Counted from the first letter of the stretch, positions 18,617 through 28,369 are shown. The stretch: DNA of 47,145 bases from Asaia bogorensis (GCA_945886995.1 CAMCZJ010000001.1:1-47145); one strand, 5' to 3'. A program made the numbers and translations. The notes: generated from the letters alone by a model not told the origin.

Positions 18617-19303
18617 TCAAGCGCTATCGCTGACGATCCGGCCATCCACCAAATGCACGCGGCGGCTTGCCCGTTTGGCGAGTTCCGCATCATGCGTCAC
18701 CACCAGAATGGCGCGGCCTTCTTCCGCCGCCAGGCGCGCGAAAATGTCAAAGACAGCGGCGGCGTTGCGCGTATCCAGATTGCCGGTGGGTTCATCGGCC
18801 AGAATAATGGCAGGGTCATTGGCCAGCGCGCGGGCAATGGCGGCGCGCTGGCGCATGCCACCCGAAAGCTGTTCCGGCAATTTGCCTGCCGCTTCCGCCA
18901 TGCCGAGCGCTTCCAAAAGCTTCATCGCCTGGGCGCGTGCCGCTGCATCCTTAAGGCGCCCAAGCCGCCGGATCGGGATAAGCACATTGTCCAGCGTGGA
19001 GAATTCCGGCAGCAGGAAATGGAATTGGAAGACAAAGCCAAGCCGCGCCAAGCGAAGATTGGCGAGTTCTGAGGCATTCAGGCTTGCGGTGTCGCGCCCT
19101 TCCAGCAGCACGCGGCCTTCCGTTGGCCGATCAAGCAAGCCCAGCAGATAAAGCAGGGAGGATTTGCCGGAACCGGAAGGCCCAGTGATGGCGATGAATT
19201 CGCCGCGCTCCACCTTCAAGGAGGCATCCTGCACCAGCGTCACCCCTTCCGGCAGGCGGCGCGTGATGTGCTGCGCTTCCAGCAAGGCCGGCTGCTTCAT
19301 CAT
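18617..19303 (-). CDS. ABC transporter ATP-binding protein (LolD/MacB-like)
   Basis: GPSGSGKS, GFVFQFHFLLPEF, LSGG, ADEPTGNLD, VTHD. Confidence 0.93.
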   Translation of the reverse strand: MMKQPALLEAQHITRRLPEGVTLVQDASLKVERGEFIAITGPSGSGKSSLLYLLGLLDRPTEGRVLLEGRDTASLNASELANLRLARLGFVFQFHFLLPEFSTLDNVLIPIRRLGRLKDAAARAQAMKLLEALGMAEAAGKLPEQLSGGMRQRAAIARALANDPAIILADEPTGNLDTRNAAAVFDIFARLAAEEGRAILVVTHDAELAKRASRRVHLVDGRIVSDSA

Positions 19304-20544
19304 GCTGCGCCACGGATGGTCTGCACGGGGTCAAGCCGCGCGGCGCGGCGCGCGGGCACCACCGCCGCAATGCTGGCCGCAAGTATGGCAAAGAAGGACG
19401 CGATGGCAAAAATCCGCCAATCATGGGCAAGCAGGAAGCGGTCATTACCCGCGGGGGTTTCATTCTGAAAGCGTATCTGTGCCAGGCCTTCGATCATGAT
19501 CTGGCCCAACACGCAACCAAGCACGGCACCAAGCAGGCCGGCAATCATGCCCTGCAACAGAAACAGCCATTGGATATCGGCTTCGGTAAAGCCAAGCGAC
19601 TTCAGTATCGCGATATCGCGGGTTTTTTCGAACACGACTGTTGAGATGATATTGTAGATGCCAAAGGCAGCAACCAGCAGAATGGCGCCGGTGACGCTAT
19701 ACATGATGGCGTTCTGGATCACGAAAACCGTCAGCACATTGCGGTTCTGTTCTTCCCAGCTTTCAGACCTATCGCCAAATCGAGCCTCAATCTGTCGGGC
19801 GAGCGGTTCCGCCCCGGTCACATCATCCAAGCGCAGCAGGATTTGATTGACCACATTGGGCCGGTCCTGCAGGATTTGATTGACCTTGAGCAGCGTATAG
19901 CCCGCCTGATTATCCAGTGCCGTGAGACCTGTTCGGAAGATGCCCACGATCTTCATCTGCAGGCTGACGCCCTTGGGCGAGACAGCGATGATGGTATCGC
20001 CCAATGCCACACCAAGCTTTTGCGCAAGCCCGATGCCGATGATCAGGCCATTCGCGGTACTGCGCAGATCTTCCATCCTGCCTTGGATCAAATCCTTCTC
20101 TAGATTTGAAACGCGGCGATAGCGCGCTGGCTCGATCCCGGTGATGGAAACCGAAACATCGCGTGATCCGTAACGCAGCAATGCCTGGCCCGTAAGAATG
20201 GGTGAGGAGAAAACGCCCGGTATCGCTTCCAGTATCGCTATTTTCTCAGCGCTTGCGCGAATGCCGCGCACGCGTTCAGTCGGCTTCACGCCAGAAAGCG
20301 CCACCGCACCATTGGGGTAGGCGATTTCCACCGCCTGCGGCAATGGGCGGCGCGTTTCATCCTTCACGATGATATGCGGCTGCACATCAATGACCTGTTC
20401 GATGAAATAGGTCTGAAACCCGCGCATGAGGGAAGCGATGGCAATGAAGAAGGCCACCCCCAAGGCAACACCCATCACCGAAACCAGGGTCTGACGGCGC
20501 CGGCGGGAAAGCATGCCGCGCGCCAGATCAAAAATCAGGCTCAT
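19300..20544 (-). CDS. ABC transporter permease (FtsX/LolE/MacB family)
   Basis: N-terminal TM, large periplasmic loop, EKTRDIAILKSLG, C-terminal PARRAARLDPV. Confidence 0.92.
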   Translation of the reverse strand: MSLIFDLARGMLSRRRRQTLVSVMGVALGVAFFIAIASLMRGFQTYFIEQVIDVQPHIIVKDETRRPLPQAVEIAYPNGAVALSGVKPTERVRGIRASAEKIAILEAIPGVFSSPILTGQALLRYGSRDVSVSITGIEPARYRRVSNLEKDLIQGRMEDLRSTANGLIIGIGLAQKLGVALGDTIIAVSPKGVSLQMKIVGIFRTGLTALDNQAGYTLLKVNQILQDRPNVVNQILLRLDDVTGAEPLARQIEARFGDRSESWEEQNRNVLTVFVIQNAIMYSVTGAILLVAAFGIYNIISTVVFEKTRDIAILKSLGFTEADIQWLFLLQGMIAGLLGAVLGCVLGQIMIEGLAQIRFQNETPAGNDRFLLAHDWRIFAIASFFAILAASIAAVVPARRAARLDPVQTIRGAA

Positions 20545-21536
20545 GGCTTAAGCCGTAGCGCCTGCCCATCCTTCAGGCTTTGCGGTGGATCCAGCACCAC
20601 GACATCTCCAGCGGCGATACCCTGGCGGATTTCAACGGCGCGTGGACCTTGGACACCAACGGTCACCTGGCGCCGCCGCGCCACTTCCCCCTGTACGATG
20701 AAGACGTGATCGCTGCGCAAGGCCGCAGGCGGAATCAGCACCGCATTTTTGGCTTCACGCAACACAATATTCGCTTCCACCGTCATGCCGATCATCAGCG
20801 GCGTGTCTTCCGGCAAGGCCAGCCGGACACGATAGGCCTTGCGCGTTGCATCACCCTTGGGCGTGATTTGCGCGACAGTCGCATTCAGGACTTGCCCGGC
20901 AAAGGCATCTGCCCGCAGCAGGGCGCGCTGGCCTTCGCGAATTTGGGCGATGTCTTCCTCATCCACCTCAGCGGTGATGCGAAGCGGCTTCGGTTCGCCA
21001 ATCCAGAAAAGGGCGGCGGGGGTATCCACGACCTCTCCCACCTCGGCATCGCGGCGCAGCACAACGCCGGCGGAAGGCGCACGCACGACATAATCATCCA
21101 TGCGGCGCTGCGCGGCTTCGCCCACGGCGCGTACGGCACGGGCTTCGGCCTCAGCACGGTCCAGCGTGGCGCGAGAGGCAACATCCCGCGCGACCAGGGT
21201 GCGGACGCGGGCCAGTTCTTCCTGGGCGAAAACGGCGCGGGCTTCTGCTTCCTCGGCGCGGTGCCGGGCTTCGCGGTCATCCAGCTGTGCCATGGGTTGG
21301 CCCGCTTCAACCCGGGCACCTTCTTCCACCAGCACGGCTGTGATGCGGGCGCGCAGCGCTGGGCCGACCTTGGCCCAATGGACCGGTTCCACATTGCCTG
21401 TCGCGTAAACCGCGTGCACTGCGGGGCCTGTGGTAGCGGCGGCAACCGCGACCGCCGGCGGCAACCCACGCCAGACCCAGGCACCTGCAAGGGCAAGGAT
21501 GATGAGCAGGAACGAGATGATGATCCGGGCACGCAT
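20541..21536 (-). CDS. Efflux periplasmic adaptor (membrane fusion protein, MacA-like)
   Basis: N-terminal anchor; lipoyl halves V.EGARV..GQ and VRAP..GVV; helical hairpin; GMTVEA. Confidence 0.92.
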   Translation of the reverse strand: MRARIIISFLLIILALAGAWVWRGLPPAVAVAAATTGPAVHAVYATGNVEPVHWAKVGPALRARITAVLVEEGARVEAGQPMAQLDDREARHRAEEAEARAVFAQEELARVRTLVARDVASRATLDRAEAEARAVRAVGEAAQRRMDDYVVRAPSAGVVLRRDAEVGEVVDTPAALFWIGEPKPLRITAEVDEEDIAQIREGQRALLRADAFAGQVLNATVAQITPKGDATRKAYRVRLALPEDTPLMIGMTVEANIVLREAKNAVLIPPAALRSDHVFIVQGEVARRRQVTVGVQGPRAVEIRQGIAAGDVVVLDPPQSLKDGQALRLKP

Positions 21537-21686
21537 TGTGTCAGCTTAGCATGACAGATAGCGCTTGGCTCCCCTGCCAGAGACAATGTGAGCCTGGGCA
21601 AATGAAAGGCGGCTAGCCCCCGATAGTTGTGCGAAGCTTTTGCTGAGGCTAAAAGAGCCCAGCGAAAAGCCTGAAGACTTCGCTTA

Positions 21687-21761
<75 letters not shown>

Positions 21762-21981
21762 GTCTTTTCAATGGGTTAAGCCGTATTTTGCCGACCCCCG
21801 ACCCTGATTACTCCTCAGGCATGATGGTTGTATCCCCCCAGCGGCACGCCGAGGCTAGCAAGGCGGCGGCGTTCTGGCTGGCGTGATTGCTTTGACCTGC
21901 CGCGCGGCTACCCTAGGCTTTTGTCGGTCCCCGAATGCCGCCGCATCCAAGGAGGGGGCAGGTCCAAGGGAGTGAGGGCGT

Positions 21982-23616
21982 ATGCCAACCGCAATGCATG
22001 ATTTTATTGTCATAGGGGCCGGTTCGTCTGGTGCAGCGCTTGCTGCGCGATTGACTGAAAATGGCCAATACAGCGTACTCCTTCTGGAAGCAGGCACTGA
22101 AGATGCCGGTTTCTTCTGGTCCCGCGTGCCCGCCGGTGTTTCCAAATTGATCGGCAACCCCGCGGTGAACTGGTGCTTCACATCGGAACCTGATGAGGGT
22201 TCGGGCGGGCGGCGCATTGAAGTGCCGCGCGGCAAGATGCTGGGCGGTACATCATCCATCAATGGCATGGTGTTCATGCGTGGCCAGCCGCAAGACTTCG
22301 ACCACTGGGCGCAGCTCGGCAATCGTGGTTGGAGTTGGGACGATGTATTGCCTGTATTCAAGCGTATGGAACGCTATGATGCCGGCGATGATGCGTTGCG
22401 CGGACGAAGTGGCCCGCTGCATGTGACAGACACGCCGCGCCACCAGGTACCGCTGCTGGAAAAAATGATCGAAGCGGCAGGCAAGATTGGCCTTCCTTAT
22501 AACCCAGATCTGAATGGGGTTCGGCAGGAAGGCATCGGTATGTCCCAGGTGACCATCGCGAAAGGGCGCCGCCAAAGCACTGCCTTTGCTTATCTGGATC
22601 CGGCGATGGGACGACCCAACCTGACCATCGAAAAGGGTGCCCTCGCGCAGACTCTTATCCTCGAAGGCAGGCGCTGCCTGGGCGTGCGCTACACCACCCA
22701 CGGCCAGCCACGTGAAGCGCGAGCAATCCGTGAGGTCATTATCTGCTCTGGCGCGATCAATTCGCCCAAGCTTCTGGAATTATCAGGCATTGGCCAACCA
22801 GAACTATTGCGCGCCCATGGTATAACCCCGATCCATGCTTTGAACGGCGTCGGTGAAAATCTACGGGATCACTACTCGCCACGGGTGAAGTTCGAGATCA
22901 TTGCCCGCAACGCAACCTATAACGACAATGCACGCGGCTGGCGCCTGATGCGGGAGGCCGCAAAATACGCGTTGTTTGGTGAAGGCTTCCTTGCCCGCAC
23001 GGCCGTACCGATACGCATGTATTTCCGTACACGAGAGGGGCTCGATTCACCGGACGCGACCATCTCTGTCCTGCCCTTCCTTTATGAAATGGTGAATGGG
23101 GAACGGCGCATCGCCAAGCGCCGTGGTATCACCATGAACGTTAATGTGCTTCGATCAGAAAGCACCGGGTCCATCCATGTAAAATCAGCGGATCCTGCTG
23201 TTGCGCCGGCCATTCGTTTCAACTTTCTCTCCACACAGCATGATCGTGATGGCCTATTGGCCGCCATCCGTAAGGGTCGGGAGCTCATGGCAACCTCCCC
23301 CTTGAAGGAAATGACTGGAGAGGAGATTGCCCCGGGCGTTCATATCCAATCGGATGCCGGGCTGCTGGAATGGGTCCGCAATACTGCCGAAACTACCTAT
23401 CACCCTGTAGGCACATGCAAGATGGGGCAGGACCCGATGGCCGTAGTTGACCCTGAACTACGCGTGCACGGTATTGAGCGGTTACGTGTGGCAGACGCTT
23501 CGATCATGCCAACGCTGACCAGCGGCAACACCAATGCGCCCTGTATCATGATTGGCGAAAAATGCGCGAAGTTGGTGCTGCGGGCCGCTGATGCGATGGC
23601 GCAGCGCGCTGCATAG
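21982..23616 (+). CDS. GMC family FAD oxidoreductase (choline dehydrogenase-like)
   Basis: GAGSSG, LLLEAG, RGKMLGGTSSINGM, GAINSPKLLELSGIG, YHPVGTCKMG, DASIMP, GNTNAP. Confidence 0.95.
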   Translation: MPTAMHDFIVIGAGSSGAALAARLTENGQYSVLLLEAGTEDAGFFWSRVPAGVSKLIGNPAVNWCFTSEPDEGSGGRRIEVPRGKMLGGTSSINGMVFMRGQPQDFDHWAQLGNRGWSWDDVLPVFKRMERYDAGDDALRGRSGPLHVTDTPRHQVPLLEKMIEAAGKIGLPYNPDLNGVRQEGIGMSQVTIAKGRRQSTAFAYLDPAMGRPNLTIEKGALAQTLILEGRRCLGVRYTTHGQPREARAIREVIICSGAINSPKLLELSGIGQPELLRAHGITPIHALNGVGENLRDHYSPRVKFEIIARNATYNDNARGWRLMREAAKYALFGEGFLARTAVPIRMYFRTREGLDSPDATISVLPFLYEMVNGERRIAKRRGITMNVNVLRSESTGSIHVKSADPAVAPAIRFNFLSTQHDRDGLLAAIRKGRELMATSPLKEMTGEEIAPGVHIQSDAGLLEWVRNTAETTYHPVGTCKMGQDPMAVVDPELRVHGIERLRVADASIMPTLTSGNTNAPCIMIGEKCAKLVLRAADAMAQRAA

Positions 23617-23873
23617 CCGGTGATGCGGTGAACGGCGGTGGGGGCGGCCATGCTGGCGACCACCAAGCATACTCAGCCCACTGGCCGATGGACCAGATAC
23701 AATCCGGTTCGGATCTGAAAATGGTATCAGACCATGTGATGAGGAACAGAGCCATTGGGCAGAGTCGGTCAATCCCGGCGCCCCTGATGCCAAGGCTTTT
23801 CCCCATTCCCTGAATAGCGGGTTTGATCCCATATGCGCTGGTAGTGGAAAGCGATCAGGGTTAGGATTTCGAC

Positions 23874-24122
23874 ATGACCCTGATCGAAAGACCACATAGC
23901 TTTTGCGGTAGAATTAGCCTGAACCTGCCCATCATCATGGGACCTTTGGCGACCGCTTCACCGCCGGCCCTGGCCGCTGCGGTGGCCAACACGGGCGGGC
24001 TTGGCGCTTCTGCTGCGCAGATTGGCACCGCGTTGCTGCGCAGCCTGGAAGCCGCAATTTATTCGGTTTGGTCAGGCGCCTTATCCCGCAGGTGGAATGC
24101 TGCGCAAGCGCTGATCAGATAG
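23874..24122 (+). pseudogene. Internally deleted nitronate monooxygenase-family remnant
   Basis: N-terminal LPII..P.A..SPPALAAAVA..GGLGA joined directly to the late-barrel motif SAAQIGTALLRS.EA; only 82 aa. Confidence 0.7.
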
Positions 24123-24141
24123 CTGCAGGAATGACCAGTGC

Positions 24142-24630
24142 ATGACAGAAATCTTCATTGACGCCGACGCCTGCCCAGTGCGCGACGAAATTTTCCGGGT
24201 TGCAAACCGGCTTGGCTTGGTTGTTCACGTCGTGTCAAACGGCTCCAGGCCAATTCGTCCGCCAGGCCTGCCCAATATCCGCATGGTGGTTGTCGCCGAA
24301 GGGGCCGATGTTGCTGATGACTGGATCGCAGATCGTATCTCCCCGGCTGATATCTGCGTCACGGCCGATATCCCGTTGGCATCACGCTGCCTTGCCAGGG
24401 ATGCCCGGGCGCTATCCCACACGGGTCATGTCTGGACACCCGATAATATTGGTTCCGCGCTTGCTGGGCGAGAGATCGCGCGCCACATGCGCGAAAGCGG
24501 TATCGCTACGAAAGGCCCTGCGCCGCTCAGTAAAGCGGCCCGCTCGGCCTTCTTGTCCGCGCTGGATACCTTGGTCCAGGCTGCCCTGCGGTCCCCACCA
24601 GCAAAGAACACACGTCAAGATAGCGTTTGA
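24142..24630 (+). CDS. YaiI/YqxD family protein (UPF0178)
   Basis: IFIDADACPV, GADVADDWI, DICVTADIPLA. Confidence 0.92.
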   Translation: MTEIFIDADACPVRDEIFRVANRLGLVVHVVSNGSRPIRPPGLPNIRMVVVAEGADVADDWIADRISPADICVTADIPLASRCLARDARALSHTGHVWTPDNIGSALAGREIARHMRESGIATKGPAPLSKAARSAFLSALDTLVQAALRSPPAKNTRQDSV

Positions 24631-24812
24631 GTGCGATGAATTTTTCCAAAGGCAAATCAAAGGTTCAATGGCTGATCTTCTTCCGTATCACCTCGTTCGA
24701 ATAGGTGCCGGTGGCCTGCAGAAGCCGGGTTCAGCATCCCTGCACTAGCCCATACCACCGCAAATCCTCTCGAGCTTTTCTATGAGAATTCCATTGCTGC
24801 CAAATCAAATAT

Positions 24813-25853
24813 CTACACAGCTTCAGGCGGGATAAGTTCCGCAAGTGGCCAGCGCGGGCGCGGGTTAGAGGATAGTGAGTCTGTGCAGCCGCAGCGCAGC
24901 CTTTCGATGCCTGCCCAGGCAACCATCACCGCATTATCGGTACAATAGCGCAAAGGTGGCGCCAAGAGCGGCAGGCCCTTGAGCGCAGCGAGCGCTGAGA
25001 GTGAAGCGCGCACTGCACCGTTAGCGGCGACACCGCCTGCCACTACCATCGCCGTGACACCCGGCGCCAGATCGAGCGCATGGGCCGCGCGATCGGCCAA
25101 GACCGCGGCAACGGCCGCCTGGAAGGACGCGGCAATATCAGCAGATCCGAATTGCCCGCCAGCAATCGCCCGCGCCACTGCAGTCTTCAGTCCCGAGAAG
25201 GAAAAATCACAACCGGGTCGGCCCAATAGTGGACGAGGCAACGGCACCGAGGTTGCATTGCCGTCTGCTGCCAGGCGTTCCAGATGCGGTCCCCCCGGCC
25301 ATGGCAGGCCCAGAAGCTTGGCAGATTTGTCAAACGCCTCCCCCACCGCGTCATCCAAGGTGCTGCCAAGACGCCGATGGCAACCCAGCGCCTCAACCAG
25401 CACGCATTGGCAATGGCCGCCGGAAAGCAGCAGCAGCAGATAAGGAAATTCAGGCGCTGTGCCAGGCATCAGCCCCGGCAAGCGCACCGTCAGGGCATGG
25501 GCTTCAAGATGGTTGACTGCGATGAAGGGCAAGTCATGCGCAAGTGCTACCCCTTTCGCAAATGAAGCACCTACGATGAGGCCGCCAATAAGGCCAGGGC
25601 CGGTCGTGACGGCCACGCCGCCTATCTCACGGTGGCTGATGCCTGCCTTTGCAAAAACATCTGCTACCAGCTTTGGCAAATGTTGCAGATGCGCGCGTGC
25701 CGCGATTTCGGGCACAACGCCACCGAAGGCCGCGTGTTCGACCTGCTGGCTGAACACCGTTTCCGACAATATGGCGCCATCCGCGCGCACCAGTGCCGCG
25801 GCGGTTTCATCACAGCTGCTTTCAATTCCGAGTAAGACAGTGTCGGGCTTCAT
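24813..25853 (-). CDS. tsaD: tRNA N6-threonylcarbamoyladenosine transferase TsaD
   Basis: LGIESSCDET, GGVVPEIAARAH, GPGLIG, HLEAH, SGGH, DDAVGEAFDK, FSFSGLKT, GGVAAN, CTDNA. Confidence 0.96.
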   Translation of the reverse strand: MKPDTVLLGIESSCDETAAALVRADGAILSETVFSQQVEHAAFGGVVPEIAARAHLQHLPKLVADVFAKAGISHREIGGVAVTTGPGLIGGLIVGASFAKGVALAHDLPFIAVNHLEAHALTVRLPGLMPGTAPEFPYLLLLLSGGHCQCVLVEALGCHRRLGSTLDDAVGEAFDKSAKLLGLPWPGGPHLERLAADGNATSVPLPRPLLGRPGCDFSFSGLKTAVARAIAGGQFGSADIAASFQAAVAAVLADRAAHALDLAPGVTAMVVAGGVAANGAVRASLSALAALKGLPLLAPPLRYCTDNAVMVAWAGIERLRCGCTDSLSSNPRPRWPLAELIPPEAV

Positions 25854-26064
25854 GAGAAGCCTGATATCACGCAACCCGTCATAATCGAAGGGGTCGGCCT
25901 TCACATGCTGTTTTCATTGACAGATGATGCGGTGATTGGAACATCGGGCAAGCATTGCTCTGCCTCGTTCTGACGTACCCCAGGGAACGCAGATGAGAGG
26001 ATGCCCATTGCAATTCAAAGCGCTTATCGAAGCAATAGGCAACTCTCAGGGAAGTGATACGTTG

Positions 26065-26129
26065 TGCCCGCGCCACAAGCGTTCTGTCTGGTGGCGCGGG
26101 CATGGATGACGCTTCTACAAAGCGTCATC
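26065..26129. repeat. Two adjacent perfect inverted repeats (12-bp and 10-bp stems)
   Basis: TGCCCGCGCCAC..GTGGCGCGGGCA (26065-26102) and GATGACGCTT-CTACA-AAGCGTCATC (26105-26129). Confidence 0.75.
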
Positions 26130-26209
26130 GCCAAAGTTACCAAAAAAGTCTACTTGACGAGGGAATGCTTTAGAACCGAGCTGTGGGATGGTGACGCAAC
26201 GAGGCGGTG

Positions 26210-26545
26210 CTAGCGCAAGCCCTCTGTGAACTGCTCATTCACTTCAATGAGGAAGCCAATATCGGGTTCAGTGCCCTCCATCTCACGCAGCACTGCGCGC
26301 CCGACATTCAGCATGGCAATTTTTGTCTTCTGCGGGAGCTGATTTGCTGGGTGTCGGACGGAAGATTCAAGCGCGATCCAAAGCCGGCGATTATCGGCAA
26401 TCGCACGTGCACGAGGGATCCCCTCCTGCGCCAGTGCCACCTTCAAAGCACCAGTGACGCGGCGGAAGACATCAGCCTCCTGCTCGCGAGGGGCCATCGC
26501 TTGCCTGGTCTGCTGGTAAGCCCGGCGGGCATGCATCATATTCAT
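26210..26545 (-). CDS. flaF: Flagellar biosynthesis regulator FlaF
   Basis: AY....PREQEA, DNRRLW, NQLP, LIEVN..F.EGL; overlaps flbT (ATGA). Confidence 0.92.
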   Translation of the reverse strand: MNMMHARRAYQQTRQAMAPREQEADVFRRVTGALKVALAQEGIPRARAIADNRRLWIALESSVRHPANQLPQKTKIAMLNVGRAVLREMEGTEPDIGFLIEVNEQFTEGLR

Positions 26546-26973
26546 GCCACATCCTCCGTCACCGAGACGGAGGCGACAGGGGGAAGGCCCAGCACCACTT
26601 CTTCATGCCGCATAACGCGCCGGGCAAGCTTCAGGGCCTGGTAGCATTGGTCCGCCTCTGCCGCGTGCAATGCACGGTCGAGCAAGTCACGAACCATGTT
26701 CGAAGTGGTGGCTTCGCGGAATTCTCCGATCAGGTCGCGGGCAAGCTGCAACCCAATCTTACGTTCCTCATGATCGCCAATATAAGCAGTCTGGAGGGCG
26801 AAGTAGATGCGCCTGGCCGGTGTATTGGCCATATCCGGCGTCATCAGCTGCTTGCCGAACAGAAAGCGGGCCCGTGCGGTCAATTCAATTCGGGCGCGAT
26901 TACGGAAGCGTATCGGGGCGCCATTGACGATCATCATGTCGCCCTGGCGAAGTTCAAGTACGAGCGTTGACAT
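26542..26973 (-). CDS. flbT: Flagellin translational regulator FlbT
   Basis: LELRQGD..IVNGA, ANTPARRIYFALQ, YQALKLAR. Confidence 0.94.
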   Translation of the reverse strand: MSTLVLELRQGDMMIVNGAPIRFRNRARIELTARARFLFGKQLMTPDMANTPARRIYFALQTAYIGDHEERKIGLQLARDLIGEFREATTSNMVRDLLDRALHAAEADQCYQALKLARRVMRHEEVVLGLPPVASVSVTEDVA

Positions 26974-26987
26974 TTTTGTCTCCCGCC

Positions 26988-27020
26988 AAAGAAGGTGGTC
27001 CCGCTTAAGGCGGGACCACC
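26988..27020 (-). terminator. Stem-loop (weak terminator or mRNA stabiliser) between flagellin and flbT
   Basis: GGTGGTCCCGC-CTTAA-GCGGGACCACC then TTCTTT on minus strand. Confidence 0.75.
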
Positions 27021-27027
27021 GTCCTAA

Positions 27028-27849
27028 TTAACGGAACAGGCTCAACAGCATCTGCGGAGACTGGTTGGAGATGGAAAGTGCCTGTGTACCAAGCTGCTGC
27101 CGGATTTGCAGCGCCTGGAGCTTCGCACTTTCCTTGGCAAGATCCGCATCAATCAAGGACCCGAGGCCACCTTCAAGAGCGTCAGACTTGTCCTTGTTGT
27201 AGTTAATCTGAGCGTCAATGTAGTTGCTGTCGGAGCCAAACTGATTGAGCGCATCGGCGATCGCAGATTCAACCGTTTCGAAGTCACCGGCAGACTGCAA
27301 GGCTGTTTGCGCGGCCGCCACATCCGCAGGTGCGGCCGCCACAACAAGGTCGGTTGCGCCATCAATGGCGGTCACCGTAAAGGTGTCACCAGACTCATTG
27401 CGGGTCGTGACGATGTCCCCATCCGCCGTATCGAGCAAGGTGCGGCCATTATAGGTCGCGTCAGAAATGAAGTTCTGGATCTGCGTGCGCAACGCCGTGT
27501 ACTGGGCAGAGTACTGGTCAAACTGCTCATCGTTCAGGGTGCCGTCCGCCATGCGGGTCAGCGTTTCGCGGACCTTCACCATGGATTCGGAAACCTTGCC
27601 CAAAGCGGCGAAAGTCGTTTCCAGAACGCCCTTGGTGCCGCCCAATTGTTCATTCGCGGCAGTCAGGCCCGCCACATCGGCACGCACCGCCTGCGCAACG
27701 GCAAAGGCGCCGCCATCATCCTTGGAATCGGCCACGCGATAACCAGTGGAGACGCGCTTCTGGACGACTGACAATTGGTCAGAGGTGGTATTGAGGGACC
27801 GGAGCGCCACGAGGGCATTCGTGTTGGTGTTGACTGAGTTCATAGCCAT
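27028..27849 (-). CDS. Flagellin (short, 273 aa, Caulobacter Flj-like)
   Basis: SVNTN..ALVAL..LN, RVSTG.RV..SKDD, ATYNG, LIDADLAKESAKLQALQIRQQLG.QALSI.N. Confidence 0.97.
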   Translation of the reverse strand: MAMNSVNTNTNALVALRSLNTTSDQLSVVQKRVSTGYRVADSKDDGGAFAVAQAVRADVAGLTAANEQLGGTKGVLETTFAALGKVSESMVKVRETLTRMADGTLNDEQFDQYSAQYTALRTQIQNFISDATYNGRTLLDTADGDIVTTRNESGDTFTVTAIDGATDLVVAAAPADVAAAQTALQSAGDFETVESAIADALNQFGSDSNYIDAQINYNKDKSDALEGGLGSLIDADLAKESAKLQALQIRQQLGTQALSISNQSPQMLLSLFR

Positions 27850-27935
27850 TGGGGTATTCCCCTTCCAAATCGCGATCCGCGCCCCGTTGAAAGTGACGCC
27901 AGATCAGGTTGCATCCGCTTCTTGCGAATAAGGGG

Positions 27936-27978
27936 ATCATGACGGGAAAGACTAAATCGCTGCTGAAAAAATCAGTAA
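27936..27978 (-). promoter_or_regulatory. Possible CtrA-type promoter of the flagellin gene
   Basis: Degenerate half-sites TTAC-N7-TTCA-N7-TTTA (11-bp period) followed by CATGAT in an AT-rich region; no sigma54 or sigma28 motif seen. Confidence 0.35.
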
Positions 27979-28369
27979 ACATCGAATATTTTTATGCATT
28001 CATGATTTAACTTTGATGTGAATACGAAGTTTCTACGATTCTTCTGCAATTCTATCCTTCGAACAAGCTGGCAGCTAATTAGAAATTACCAAAGCATTCA
28101 TTCTCTATCACTTTTTTGGTTTATGGCGCGTGGTCGTTTTCGCCGAAGGATGGGGAAGATGTTTCCAAGGCCGCTTATGCACGGCCGACAACGCATGCGG
28201 CGTTGTGGCTCAGCTACAGCTTGTTCTGGGCTAGTGGAGCGGGACACCATGGTGCAGTCCCCACAAAACTGCACGCGGCGTCGTCCTGGGGCGTGAAGCA
28301 CGCCAAGGCCCCATCTTTGTCGCTGATTGAACGCCCCGGCCGTTACCGCGGCACCTGAGGCGTAGGGAA

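Noticed and set aside
25940-26140. Retron msr-msd or CRISPR interpretation of the hairpin cluster
   Set aside because: No reverse transcriptase or cas gene, and no regularly spaced direct repeats.
28018-28358. Short ORFs between flagellin and flgL
   Set aside because: No SD, motif or family resemblance; may be eroded sequence but cannot be supported.
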